A stretch of DNA of 64,000 nt from Octopus sinensis (GCF_006345805.1 NW_021831752.1:62001-126000); one strand, 5' to 3'. Shown: positions 50,868 through 63,482, counted from the stretch's first letter. Numbers and translations are program-made. Notes: generated by a model not told the origin, from the letters alone.

Positions 50868-52238
50868 AGCGGTTCTCAAATGCGGCCCGCAGGATTTTTT
50901 TTGCGGCCCCTCTAGAGTAACTAACTTTTTTAATTTTTTAATAATGTTAAAATTTAATTATTTATTGATTGTTCCAAAGATATAACCGAAAATAGTTTCG
51001 ATCAATTAATATGGCATCACTGCATAATTCACCAGGAAAATCTTATCGCCAAGTCTATTAAAATGGAACATGTTTCCAAAAAAGTCGTTAATATCGTTTA
51101 TTGGATACGCTCAAAAGCGCTCAATCACCGATATTTTAAATCTTTTTTGGAAGAAGTTGATGCTGAGTATGGAGATGTTATTTTTCATACTGAAGTGAGG
51201 TGGTTAAGTCGTTCGAAATGCCTTAATATTTTATTAAAGGTTCTATAAATTGCTTCCAGAAATTAAGGAGTTTACCAAAGACAAAGTAATTTTCGATGAA
51301 CTTTACGATGAAAGATGGATTGCCGATTTGGCTTTTTATGTTGATTTAACCACGCATTTGTCGGATCTCAATGTTGAATTACAAGGAAAAAACAAACTCT
51401 GTTATCAGGTATATGGATATATTTCTTTGTTTATCGAAAAATTATATTTATGGATGACTTCCCTTAAAGAGGGAGATACATCTCATTTTTATTCACTATC
51501 TGAAAACAACGAAGGCGCTGCTTATGAAAAATACATATCCATAATTGGTGATTTAATTAATCAATTTTAAGCACGTTTTGGGGTACATTTATATAAATTT
51601 AATTTTTAGAATTTTAAAAAATTCTTTCCTTTAATGAAAATATTCGCAACTCCATTCAGCGTGGAAATTAAGTATGCGCCTGCAAAGTTTCAACTAGAAC
51701 TCATTAATTTACAACATGATATAGAACTGGCGGCATTGTTCAAAAAAGCGTCCATTATTAATTTTTACGAATTAATTCCTCAAGACAAATTCAAAAATAT
51801 AACACACAATGCATATATGAATATATCAATGTTTGGATCTACTATTTATGCGAATCAATATTTAGTAAAATGATTCGCATAAAAAATAAATATCGTAAAA
51901 AACTCACGGATAATCACTCGAGTCAGCTTTTACGAACTTCTTCGACTTTACTTATTCCGGATTTCAAAAACTTAATAAACAAATAATACTTTCTTTTTAG
52001 TTACAACGCCTTTTTTTAGATTTTTTAGCTTGTAATTCTTTATAAAGGAAATGGAAATTAAAAAAAGAAAAAACAGAGTCCAAAAACTCATTACGCATCA
52101 GCAGTGGCTGCACTTCGGATTGCAAGCGAGTTACCGGCTTGGAAAATATAAAAATATATAAAATATTTTTTGTGCGGCCCGCGAAGCTAATCTTAATTAT
52201 CGATTTGGCCCTTGAGCTAAAAAGGTTGAGAACCCCTG
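50868..52238 (+). mobile_element. hAT (Buster/Charlie-like) DNA transposon, internally deleted
   Basis: TIRs cagcggttctcaa / ttgagaacccctg; identical 8-bp TSD gtttagaa; HCIIHQE, ALNHRYFK, HTEVRWLSR, LNVELQGK, FGST. Confidence 0.95.
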
Positions 52239-52367
52239 GTTTAGAATAATAAACCCAACGTTGTAACTCTGGACTATTCACTCTTTTAATTTTTAGTTTT
52301 AAGTTAATCTATTTTAATTGATGAGTCAACAATATTATAATTCGAAAAGAGAAAAGCTATATAATTG

Positions 52368-52513
52368 CAAAAACCAAAAAATTGTCTCAAGAAAAGCTAT
52401 AACTCGAAATTTGATATTCATTCTTACTGCAAAAAATCTAAAATTATTTCAAATGATATTCCTGTAACAAATAAGCAAGAACTCAAAATACTTTAATATA
52501 GGTTTAGTTCTCA
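52368..52513. repeat. ~146-bp dispersed repeat, copy A (copy B at 63337-63482)
   Basis: caaaaaccaaaaaattgtctcaagaaaagctataactc...gaactcaaaatactttaatataggtttagtt shared with few differences. Confidence 0.9.
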
Positions 52514-52689
52514 GGCCAAATTTCTTATGAAAAAAACATCGTTCATTTTATTATAAATTTTATTTTTTCATATCATTCCGAAGCGCCATAAGTTTTGAAA
52601 TAAAAAAATATTTTTGAAAAAATTATTTTCTACTTTAAATTTAAAGATGTAACAAATAGAATATTCTTCTTGCGTTTTTGAATATATTT

Positions 52690-52895
52690 TATTTTTTTAT
52701 CAGCTGCCTGACGGATCGCCAAACTGTTTCCCCTAAGAACTGCGATCGAGAACCGCTGGAAAAGCCAGTCCACATCCCAGGATCGTAAGCCCGCATGGAG
52801 ATTTTGACCCCAAGCTTGCGGAGGAAGTTTTCCGTCTTCGGACCAAGAGCACCCGATTTCCTCACCTCAATTGGCAGCACGAAAAACTTATGTAA
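52690..52895 (-). mobile_element. CRE/NeSL-like RLE retrotransposon 3' fragment
   Basis: VLPIEV..SGALGPKTENFLRKLGVKISMRAYDP then (frameshift) DVDWLFQRFSIAVLRGNSLAIRQAA. Confidence 0.8.
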
Positions 52896-53341
52896 CAAAT
52901 TAAAAAGTAAAATGCAATTTTTAAAGTATAAAGTAATCAAGGGGCAATTTTATATGTGACCATTTGGTTCTTAAATTGATTGTATTGTCACACATTTAAT
53001 CTACTTTCACAAGCTGCTACATTAAATAAACATTATTTTTATTATTTTTTGTTGAAAGACTTGAAAAAGTCTAATAATTCCGCATTTTTGTTTTCAAACG
53101 AGTTAGAGACTAACAAATTACCCATAATTAATTAAAGAATAATTTAGTGAGTCTTCACAAATTTCTCGTCCATTTCCATCGTGTTTTGAGCCATCTTTAG
53201 GACGTGGATTTTTCATTAATAATTAAGAAAAATTGAAGAAATGTAGATTTTGAATTCAAGGAATATTAATTCCGACAAATAAAAAAATCAATATTTGGAA
53301 AAGAGCGTTAAAAAACTGTATAGTTATGCGTAATAATCATT

Positions 53342-53907
53342 TTATATTGTTTCGCAATTTATTCGTAATTGAATATTCTTGTTCCTTCGTCGGTATGATT
53401 TCCAATGAGCAATCAAACACCCAAAAATACAAAATAAAAGAATAAATGAAATTAGCAATGCCATAACGATTACTTCCAGATTAGTCGTCTGTACTCCCAT
53501 TGGGTACTTGGTCGTGGTTGTCTGAGTGTGCTTGGTTCTGTTGACTGTGCTGATGGAGAAATGTTTGATGTACCAGTCATGCAGACTCACCGTAGAATGA
53601 TCAGCAATGACACTACGATAATCGATATTTTCTACAAATATAAAATTGCTGTTTGTGACAAGTTCAGGGTGGAGAAATATATATGACAAAATAAACATTC
53701 TTGGATAAAAATAACAACTGGGGATAATATACTATTTAAGTATTTCTGAGTACGCTCAATAATGATGTCAATGACTAACATTGATTTTATTATATTTGCT
53801 GCTTCTTGACAATCTGTGATTTTAAAAGACTCGCCAGAATTACAAAGATTTGGACGGTCGATTTTTTGGACTTTCAACTGGTAACCACTTAATGAGATTC
53901 TGAACAA
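53342..53907 (-). CDS. Unknown single-pass membrane protein (Thr-rich stalk, TM, basic cytoplasmic stop); both ends uncertain
   Basis: ...TKHTQTTTTKYP...VIVMALLISFILLFCIFGCLIAHWKSYRRRNK; two overlapping ORFs joinable by a short intron. Confidence 0.5.
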
Positions 53908-54127
53908 AAATTAGATCACTATTCCAAAATGTACCTCTTAGAGATTTTAGAAAACAAGATTTCGGAATATTCATGAAATCATTTTGAATATCTTTAAAAA
54001 TGGTATGCTTTTATTTGTATAAAACATTTATTTTATTTTTTAAAATAACAATTATTATCAAATAAACTATTAAAAATAATTTTGTGCTGCTGTTGGTGGT
54101 GTATATGAACAATGTTTCCTTTTCAGA

Positions 54128-55831
54128 GAGGATATTGAGGCGGAAGAAACTTTGAATTCCTTAAGTGGTATAAACCTTATTTTTGATTATATACTAGCAA
54201 AAAGAAATCTTAGTACTTCTATTTTAAATCAGCTTTCATCTCCATATAAGATATCACCAGTTCTAGAACATTCCGAAGCTGCTGGTCCAAATCACGAATC
54301 TCTTATAAACAGGATCAAAGAGCTAGAACACGCTTTATATTCATCTACAAGCAATAATAATATTGTAAATAAAGATTTGATTATTTTTATAAGCTTAGGC
54401 ACCAACTTGAGGAAAATGAGGCCACATTTTTGCTAAAAATGAGTGAAGCACAAGAAAATTTAAGCTCCACAACATCAAAACTTGAAGAAACCAAAAGTTT
54501 ATTAGAAAAAAGTCAAAAGTATTTTTTAATATATCAAAATACTTAATTTTATAAATATTTATTAAGATATATTGCCGATAATCGAGAAAATGAAATGAAA
54601 TTTGCACTTTCAAAGGCAGAAAACGACAAAAAATTGTCCGAGCTTGAAAAATGTAAAGAAAAGTTGGCATATTATTTGTAATATTAACCCATATTAATGA
54701 AAAGGGAGAAAAATTCTGACCTTTTGCTGATTTTAGAAGAAAGTCGTGATTTAAAGTACACCAATCAGTTTCAAGCAAAGCACATTGTGGCCTTGGAACA
54801 CAAAATTAAGGCATTCTTCCTGCATTCTGACATTCAGGACCTGACGGATGCTCTTGGCGTGGCTGAGGACAAAATAAAGGACCAGAACGAGGAACTGAGG
54901 GAGGCTAGTCTCCGGACTGTCAAAAATATCGAAATGGGTGTGTCGACCAATGATGACAGGTAGGGCGGAATGAGGTTATATTAGAGTGGAAGGTGGGCTA
55001 TTGGACAGGGTTGAGTTGCTGTCGAGGGAGAACGATACTCTGAGGGGGACGATCCGTGAACAAATATATGATATTGAGCTAATCAAGCAACAGAGGGATT
55101 CTTTTCGTGACATTCTGGACAGTTTGGAAGATATCAATCTGAACAAATACAACTGGGGGGAGTATCGTGATGCCAAGTCTGCAAATCCCTCCACTCCGAA
55201 ATGTATTGAACCGAGTGCTTTACATCCCGAATCAAATAAAGATGTATTCCCTGCTCTATTTATTGTAGAATTTGATAAATCCTGCTTTTTATCGACTTAT
55301 GCTTGTCAATAAACTTTTGCTGAGGGAACTATACACAGTCTGTCCAGAATTTAGTTTGAATGAACTATTATCGAACAGTGAGGACTATTTGGCTGAACAT
55401 GAAGGTATAAATGTTATTCTATTTGAAGAACTTCCAAAGTTGGTTGGAGAATTGAAGAGTAAGGTGGCAGAGGAGCGTGAAATGAATTTGAAAAATAAGG
55501 AGGCGTTATTCAAACTTGTCAGCTCTCTCGTCGGATACGATTTTTCGGTTGATGGAAGTACAGTCTCGCTGCGGCTGTCGGCTGAGGGAGCAGCCAACAT
55601 AGGGAAGGAATGGAAACTTGTTTTTGAAGTATTTTTTGTTTTTTATTTGTTTAGGAGTGTGATGGAATGTATAAATTGGTTGAGTCTGGTTATACAGCTA
55701 CGTTGGGGTATCTGTGTGATAAGTATCTTCGTCCAACGTCCTCAATCCCCTTGTTTTTGGCAGCCCACACTCTCTACATGTTCGGACTTTCCCAAGATCT
55801 TCAGAATCTGGGATTTTTATTGAATAAATAA
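54128..55831 (+). CDS. MAD1L1: Mitotic spindle checkpoint protein MAD1; start codon unresolved (~54000-54150)
   Basis: Long coiled coil; C-terminal LVSSLVGYDF ... DKYLRPTSSIPLFLAAHTLYMF matches the MAD1 YTLTGY ... SIPAFLSSLTLELF pattern. Confidence 0.75.
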
Positions 55832-56209
55832 TTTTTTGAATTTTGATTATTCCCTGATTAGCTAAAACGGCAAATTTTCATTTCAATTCTGTAGACAAGC
55901 AGCGTCAATGCTCGTCTTTACACTCAGTGTTTTTTAATAAAAAAATAAAGCTTAGATTTCGCTTCAATAAATCAAAATCATTCATTTATGATAATTGTGA
56001 GAAATCATTCTGAATATTTATCAAATTATATCATTGTCTTTTTCTTCCAAATTTTTTTTAGTTATTTTAAAAATGAACATATGACAATAATGTAGATTTG
56101 TCGAAAAATCATAAAATATGAACATGTGTTTACTAAATATTTTTAAAATCATTCTCGTTAATTTTTTTTATTAATGATAATTTAGTTAGTATTATGTTTA
56201 TGATATATA

Positions 56210-58464
56210 CAGTAAACCAAAATAAAAAACGAACACTACATTTTTCCTAAAATTTTCAAGAAACGAATCAAAAAAAATATCTAAATTTAATTTTAACAAT
56301 AACATTTGTCAACGGAAAATCTTATGCAATTAACCGATGTTTTAATAAAAATCAATAATTTTTTTAATAGTCAAGAAAAGAAAATAATCAAAAACGTTTA
56401 AAAAAATCATTAATTTAGACTGTCTAGTCTTCTGGCAAAGGCGTAGGACGCTTTTTTCTAGTTTATAAAAGTTGTCCATATCCATTTCACTTGTTAAATC
56501 GCTGTTAGTAAGAAACTGGCGTATTAATCTGCATGCACCCATAGCTTCCGAATTTTAATTTTTAAATGATAGTGTCCGGTCGGGTAAACCTCGGAATATG
56601 AGTCCTGTTTCATCACAATTATAAATGTTTTCCGGTGTATAATCTTTTAAAAGATCTTTTAATGTCCATTGGCACCATTATTCAGCAGCATTTATATCGG
56701 AATCTTTTTTCTCCCCATAAATGCGTTTAAATGATATGTTGTTTCTTTCTTTCCAACGCCTAAGCCAACGTGAAGTAGGAATAAAATCATCCATTTGGTG
56801 CAATTAGATTCAGCCAATAACATAATTTCTTCTCTATTCTTCAAAATCCGTGAGACTTGAGACTGAGAACAGTTGAATCTTGCATAATTAAATTTTAAAA
56901 TTACAAATTATAATTATGCAATTATGCGAAAATTTTTATAAGAAAAAATAGTAAATGTTCCCAATGAGAGTATGCAATTAACCGATTTATGCAATTAACC
57001 GATATGCAATTAGCCGATATTTTTTCAATGGAAACCATATAAGTTATGGTTTTAAACATGAATTTATGCCATTAACCGATTTATGCGATTAACCGATATG
57101 CAATTAACCGATGTTTACTGTATTTACCGCCTTTTTACGGCAAAAGTATAATCTGAACCAAAATAAAAAACGAACAAAATTTTTTATTTGTAAATGTTAT
57201 TAAATATATGATTTTTTTGAAAAATTATTAATATTTTGCACGCTATAATAACTTATTATGGCCAGACAATTGAGTTTTGGAGAAAAGGGAACAATTATCG
57301 GTATTTACAAATGCGGAAATACGTATCGCGAAATACAACGTATAACTAAAAGATCACTTGATACCATATCGAAAACAATTCGAAAATATAAACAAAATAT
57401 TCCATGCATAAGAAAATATGGTTCTGGTCGTCCCCGGCTCCTAAATGAAAAAGATTTTAAAAAAAATCAATAAGGCAAAGATTGAAGATCCAAATTTTAA
57501 TTGCGTAAAATATGCGAAAGCACTGAAATAAGAAACTGGGAAAAATGTAACACCTGAAACAATCAGAAATGCACTAAAACAAAGAGGTTTCAAAGCATTT
57601 CCGCCTACTAAAAGACCACATCTTACTAAAAAACACAAAGAACGAAGAATGGAAATCTGTCAAAGATGGAATATGCTACCATCTACTTATTGGAATCACG
57701 TTATATTCAGCGACGAATCCAAATTCAACTTAGTAAACAACGACGGACGAAGATTTGTATGGAGACAACAATCCGAAAAGTTTGTTTCATGTAATATTAC
57801 TGAAACCGTAAAATTTGGAAAAGGAAGTGTGATTATGGGGTGCATTTACGTCTGAATATTTTAGTAATCTGGTTTGGATAAAAAAAATAATGTATATTAA
57901 CATTTTGGCAAACAATTTGTTGCCATTTCTGGAAAAAATTAGGATTATTGATCCAATTTTTCAACAGGACAACGACCCAAAACACACATGTGTGCTTGCA
58001 AAAATATTCTTTGAGACTAATAATATCGAATTGCTACCTTGGCCAGCGCAAAGCCCGGATCTTAACCCCATTGAACACGTATGGAGCTATATGAAGGGAA
58101 AAATAAGGGGGAAATCGTATTCCAAAAAAGAGGAACTTTTTGAAGAATTACAAACAATTTGGAATGAGATAGGAGTGGATTACGCAAAATCATTGGTAGG
58201 AACTATGAGTGAACGAATATTGTCTGTAATTGCGACACGTGGTGGGCATACTAAATTTTAATTTGTAAATAAAATTTTGTTCGTTTTTTATTTTTGTTCA
58301 GATTATACTCTTGCCGTAAAAAGGCAGTAAATATATTTTTTTGCAAAAATAAAAATATTAGTTATTGTTTATATATTGTTAAAATTCTTTTTAGATATTT
58401 TTTTGATTCGTTTCTTGGAAATTTTAGGAAAAATGTAGTGTTCGTTTTTTATTTTGGTTTACTG
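56210..58464 (+). mobile_element. Tc1 (DD34E, IR/DR type) transposon with a Tigger fragment in its left arm
   Basis: ~75-bp outer TIRs cagtaaaccaaaataaaaaacgaacactac / gtagtgttcgttttttattttggtttactg flanked by TA; inner IRs ~57121-57195 and ~58261-58332; broken transposase 57258-58261 (FSDESKF, QQDNDPKH, SPDLNPIEHVW). Confidence 0.93.
56300..57120 (-). mobile_element. Tigger/pogo remnant nested in the Tc1 left IR; one end lost
   Basis: End gatgtttactg|ta at 57120; about seven tatgcaattaaccgat subterminal repeats; WLRRWKERNNISFKRIYGE, NIYNCDETGL. Confidence 0.85.
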
Positions 58465-58469
58465 TATGT

Positions 58470-58573
58470 AGCCTGGCGGATTGCCAAACTGTTTCCCCGG
58501 ATAATTGCGATCGAGAACCGTTGCATTAGCCAGTTCGCCTCCCGAGGGTCATGGGTGCGCATTGAGATTTTCG
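58470..58573 (-). mobile_element. CRE/NeSL-like RLE retrotransposon 3' fragment (same subfamily as 52690), abutting the Tc1 end
   Basis: KISMRTHDPREANWLMQRFSIAIIRGNSLAIRQA. Confidence 0.8.
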
Positions 58574-58918
58574 TTAATTAATTATTTAAAATTCTCAATT
58601 TTTAATTGAATAATCAAAACCACATAATTATTCATCATTTTTTTTCCTCATGCGAAACTGCGTTTTATGCGTGTAGACATTAAAAAATAAAGAATTGGAA
58701 TTTAAAAAATAATTGTTTCTAATTAATCAGACATTACTCTAAAGTAATTAATTTGAGGGTTTCTGTTATAAATATCGCGAAAGTTTTTCTCCAAAGTTAT
58801 TTGACAAAGTAACGCCCTATTTTATCCGACTATTCAAAAGTCGCCGGTTTCTTACCAGTTGTGAACCGGAATTAATTAAATAACCAACAAATTACTTTTA
58901 GTAACGAAATTAGGGAAA

Positions 58919-60876
58919 ATGGGAAATCAGAATTTAGTCTGGAGCAAAAAAATTGAATTCATCTTTACATTAATGTCGTTCGCAGTTGGACTTGGTAATG
59001 TATGGAGATTTCCTTATCTGTGTTATAGCAACGGAGGAGGTAGCAAAATTAATAAATTAAATTAGGCGCTTTTCTTCTTCCCTATTTCTTGAGCCTCTTT
59101 TTAATTGGACTCCCTATATTCTTTCTGGAAATATCTTTGGGTCAGTTTTCTGGGTTAAATTCCATTGCTTGCTGGAATATTGCACCTGCTTTTAGAGGTA
59201 TTAAAAATTAGAAAATGTTAGGTATTGGATACAGTGTGATTCTTATTCCTGGTGTACTGGGTTGTTATTACAATGTCATTGTTTCAATTTGTCTTCAATA
59301 CTTGTACTTTTCTTGGTCAAAAACACTTCCGTGGACGTTGTGCAATCAAAGTTGGAATGTAAACTGTAATTAAATATTTTGACCAATAAAAATTAGGTAC
59401 CAAAGGGAACCAAGCAGAAGAATTTTTTATGTATAAACCTCTTTTTAATAGACAAATAGGAATCGGGTTTTGGATGTAAGTTCAGGAATTGATCAATTAG
59501 GAAAACCTGTTTCTAACATGGTTGGTGCCTATTTTTTCGCATGGTTATTGGTCTTCTGTTGTTTATCATTTTCCATTAAATCTTTGGGAAAAGTGAGTCA
59601 CGTCTAATCAACTATTTCCAGGTCTCATACGTGACTGCGATATTTCCCTATGTTATGATGACGATTTTGATTATCCGCACTGCACTATTGCCTGGCTCAA
59701 GAGAAGGAATTTCTTTTTATTTAAAACCAAACATTAAGAAAATTGCTAGTGCTGAAGTATTTCATAATTATCCTTATTTTAAGGTCTGGAAAAATGCTGC
59801 AACGCAAATATTTTTCTCCCTTTCGACGTGTATAGGCGGAATTATTTCTTTATCAAGTCACAACAAATTCAAAAATAATGCCGTCCAAGATGCAGTTTTG
59901 GTTGCAATTATAAATTGCGCGACATCTTTTTATGTTGGATTTGCAGTCTTTGGAGCAACCGGATATTTAGCTCATATTCAAAATAAACCTGTTCCGGATG
60001 TTGTAGAATCGGGTAAGAACCCTTTATATAAAAATCCAAAAAGGGATGGGACTTGCCTTTATTGCATATCCAACTGGTCTTGCTCAACTCCCAGTTCCTC
60101 AACTTTGGTCGACACTTTTCTTTATAATGATGGTTCTTCTTGGACTTGGATCTATGGTTTATTTGTTATATATAACATTTCAGCTGTCAATCGCTGAAGG
60201 TGCCCTGACTGCTTTGGAGCATTTTCTTCCAGATCATAGTCGAATACAAAACATAATGTTCAGAGGGGCAATGTGCTTTTTAGGCTTTATTATTGGCCTT
60301 CCAATGTGTTTTCAGGTATTTCAAAAATAACACTGTTAAGGGTGGAAACCATTTGCTCGATGTTGCGGATCATGGAATTAACATTGATTTTATATGGATT
60401 GGGATCTTTGAAGCTGTGGCAGTAATGTACGTATATGGTAATAAAAAATTATTTTGATTTTTAAAGGTATCAAAAATTATTACCAAGACATGAAATTTAT
60501 GCTTGGAAAAAACCTGAATTATTATTGGTTAATAACTATTGGTGGAACCGCGCCTATTGGGCTAATCGTAATAAAACAAGAAATAATATTTTTAGGTAAT
60601 TTTAATCAGCATATTCTCAAAATTTGAATATGCTGAAGCAGCTAAGACGACACCAGCACGTGTTCTCAATGTTTTCATTGTTGCATCTCCATGCGTGATT
60701 ACTCTTGGATATTTGATTATCTATTATCTCTTGATATATTTTGTAATCATAAAAATATTAATTCAATAGAAAAAGTTCAAGGAGACTTGCGTATGGCAGC
60801 CTCAGGCTGGCAATACAGAGGGATACAAGTCCGAAATTCTCTGATTTATTGCTTAACTCTAATTTTTCGGAACTAA
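58919..60876 (+). CDS. SLC6 sodium-dependent amino-acid transporter; not fully visible in the ORF track
   Basis: [28 protein letters not shown]|[44 protein letters not shown]; Gly in TM1 GLGN indicates an amino-acid rather than monoamine substrate. Confidence 0.93.
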
Positions 60877-61019
60877 TAAAACTTTTATTAATCTTTAATT
60901 CCAAAAAATTATTTACAAATAATTAAATAATTTATAGAAACGAATTCTTCAATTTGAACAGGATCATAAATGTTTTAATTATCAATTTATCAATTAAATT
61001 TTTATCTGTAGATTTTTTT

Positions 61020-61645
61020 TGTACACACTTTATCAAAACAAAGAGATAGAAGAAAAGCGTTAAGTCCCAGCGGCAAGGACGCAGTGTGCGTTGCCCCAAA
61101 CAATGGCCAGAACGTTGCGCTGGCGGAACCAGAGGCCCTCTCTCGGGTCCTTGAGCCTCCTCCCAATGGACTGCCCGACCTCGTTGAGGAACGAGTCAGT
61201 CTCCTTTCCCTCGGCTCCAGCGGTCTCCAGGGCGATTGGCGTAACGCGGTATCGGTCCGCGAGCGAAGAATATTTTTGTCTTTTGATCTTTATGTAGCCG
61301 AACAAGGGTTCGCGGCGGAAGAATGGATCCTCGACTTTGAAAAGGCATCCACAACGGTAACATCCCATGCAAGGGCCTTCTTCGACGAGTACGGGAATAT
61401 TGTCATCCCGTCAGGCCTTTTGCCGTCTCCCCGATCGAATCCGACCGGTTCGAGGAGTCACAAATGGCCCGCCGATTCGAGACCGGCCTTCACGATTTCA
61501 TTGAGGGCGTTGTGTCTGTGTTCTCTGCCTGCGCTCCTCTTGCAGGAAAGTAGGTGCAGTCCCTTTTCGTTAACGTCCTCACCGCATCTGCAGCGGTGTT
61601 TTGCGCAAACATCTAGGCCGAGACGGTGAGCGACTCCGATGCCTG
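61020..61645 (-). mobile_element. CRE/NeSL-like retrotransposon 3' fragment (CCHC knuckle plus RLE)
   Basis: HRLGLDVCAKHRCRCGE...HLLSCK...HRHNALNEIV, DGKRPDGMT, WDVT, PIALETAG, LAIVWGNA; stops and frameshifts; A8 downstream. Confidence 0.9.
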
Positions 61646-62129
61646 TAGATTGTTCATCAAAATTTATTTATTTCAGTTTTTAGAAGCAATTTTCAATAGT
61701 TTTCGAGGATAGTATTCCCAAGCCATTTTTATAAAAAACAATGTTTTTAAGATTTAATGTTTATAGGATTCATAAACCGAAACTTTGTTTCCAAAATTTT
61801 AGTGAGATAAAATAATTTGTGCCTATTAAAGTGCACTTTAATTATTTTAATTATTCCCAAGTCCATTAATTGAATTATTCATGTTGCATTTTTAGGAAAG
61901 AACATAATTTTTATATTTTCAAGATGACAAGGTATACAATGAGAGGGACAATTATCGATAAAAAGCAAAATTGACTTATTTCCTTCGTTGACTATCAATA
62001 TTTTTTTTATTTAAAAACTTTAAAAAATTGTGGCGAATTCAGAATTGGCGAATTTAAGAATGTCGAATTTGGGGGTTTATTCAAGAAATTAAAAATACTT
62101 AAATCAAAAAGACTTAAGACTTTACTTTT

Positions 62130-62890
62130 TACTTTAGATTAAACCTATATTGAATTCAAATGAACATTCTTTAATGTTTAAGAAACAACTCGAATGTTTA
62201 AGAAACAACTGGATGGCTTGAAAAATTTAAAAGAAGACATGGGTTAAAATTGAAGAAACTTTATGGAGAATTTTCTACAGAGAATTTCTCAAATTCTGAA
62301 GTTAATGATTTTCTCATTAATATAAGAGCAAAAATAAAATTATATGGTCACGAAAATGTCTATAATGCAGATGAGACAGGATTATTTTATAAAGCTCTTC
62401 CATGTAAAAGCATTTGCAAGATCAAGAGATATGGGCATAAATTATTGAAGGATCGAATATCGATAATGTTCTGTTCAAATATGACTGGTACCGATAAACT
62501 AACACCATTCATAATTGGAAAATTCAAAAATCCTAGATGCTTTAAAAATTTTAGCTATCGAAGTTTTGTGACCTATCATATTTGCCGGCAAAAGCTACGT
62601 GTTTATTACAGCCGATGGACCATGGAGTCATTAAGACATTCAAGACGCTATTCAATAAATTCAAATTTCTTGAAATTATTGAAAAAATTGAACTCGGAAA
62701 ATCGTCATCTGAGGCATGTAAAGAAATAAACCTTAAGGATGCTTTAATTTATACCTATCAAGCATGGACAAAGCTAAATAGTACAATAATAATAAATTGT
62801 TTTCGACATGCTAAATGGACCGAAGATTTTATACAGAGAATGAAGAGATCCTGGACAATATGGATGAAAATGATGATGAAGGAAATGTAA
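62130..62890 (+). mobile_element. Tigger/pogo transposase remnant, internally deleted
   Basis: GWLEKFKRRHG, NVYNADETGLFY, DRISIMFCSNMTG, QPMDHGVIKTFK. Confidence 0.88.
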
Positions 62891-63336
62891 CCATTTCCTC
62901 TAAACTTAATTGAAGATTCTATTTCTCCGTTAGTTATTGTGATATTCCCAATTTATTTCTCCGTTACTTATTGTGATATTCTCAATTTCTGATGGTTCAT
63001 TGAGACACTATTGATTTTATTTTGATTTATACTTGTAGTATTAAATCTTCATGTTCTTGGTGATAAAATGGAAGACAGATCCCAATATTAGACTTATATG
63101 ACTCGTCAACGTAATAAATTTTGCATCGTCATAATTCAAATATGTTGGACCAATGATTTCTAAATTAACGGGAATCCTTCTAGCTAAATGTATTTTCTTC
63201 CATTGAAAATTAGTTTTTGACGACATAGATATTGAAATTCATTGTTTAAGAAACTATATTTATAATATAGAATAATATATTTTATTGATTTGCTCACAAT
63301 TAAAAAGAAAATTCTTACTGGTTCTAATTACAATTA

Positions 63337-63482
63337 CAAAAAACCAAAAATTGTCTCAAGAAAAGCTATAACTCTAAATTTAGTATTTATTCTTACTGCA
63401 AAAAACCTAAAATTATTTCAAATTATATTCCTGTAACAAATAACGAAGAACTCAAAATACTTTAATATAGGTTTAGTTTTCA
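63337..63482. repeat. ~146-bp dispersed repeat, copy B
   Basis: Matches 52368-52513; cut off exactly where the CRE-like fragment begins. Confidence 0.9.

Noticed and set aside
54105-54126. ATGs at 54105 and 54112 as the MAD1 start
   Set aside because: Both frames hit a stop within ~20 codons; the true first exon is unresolved
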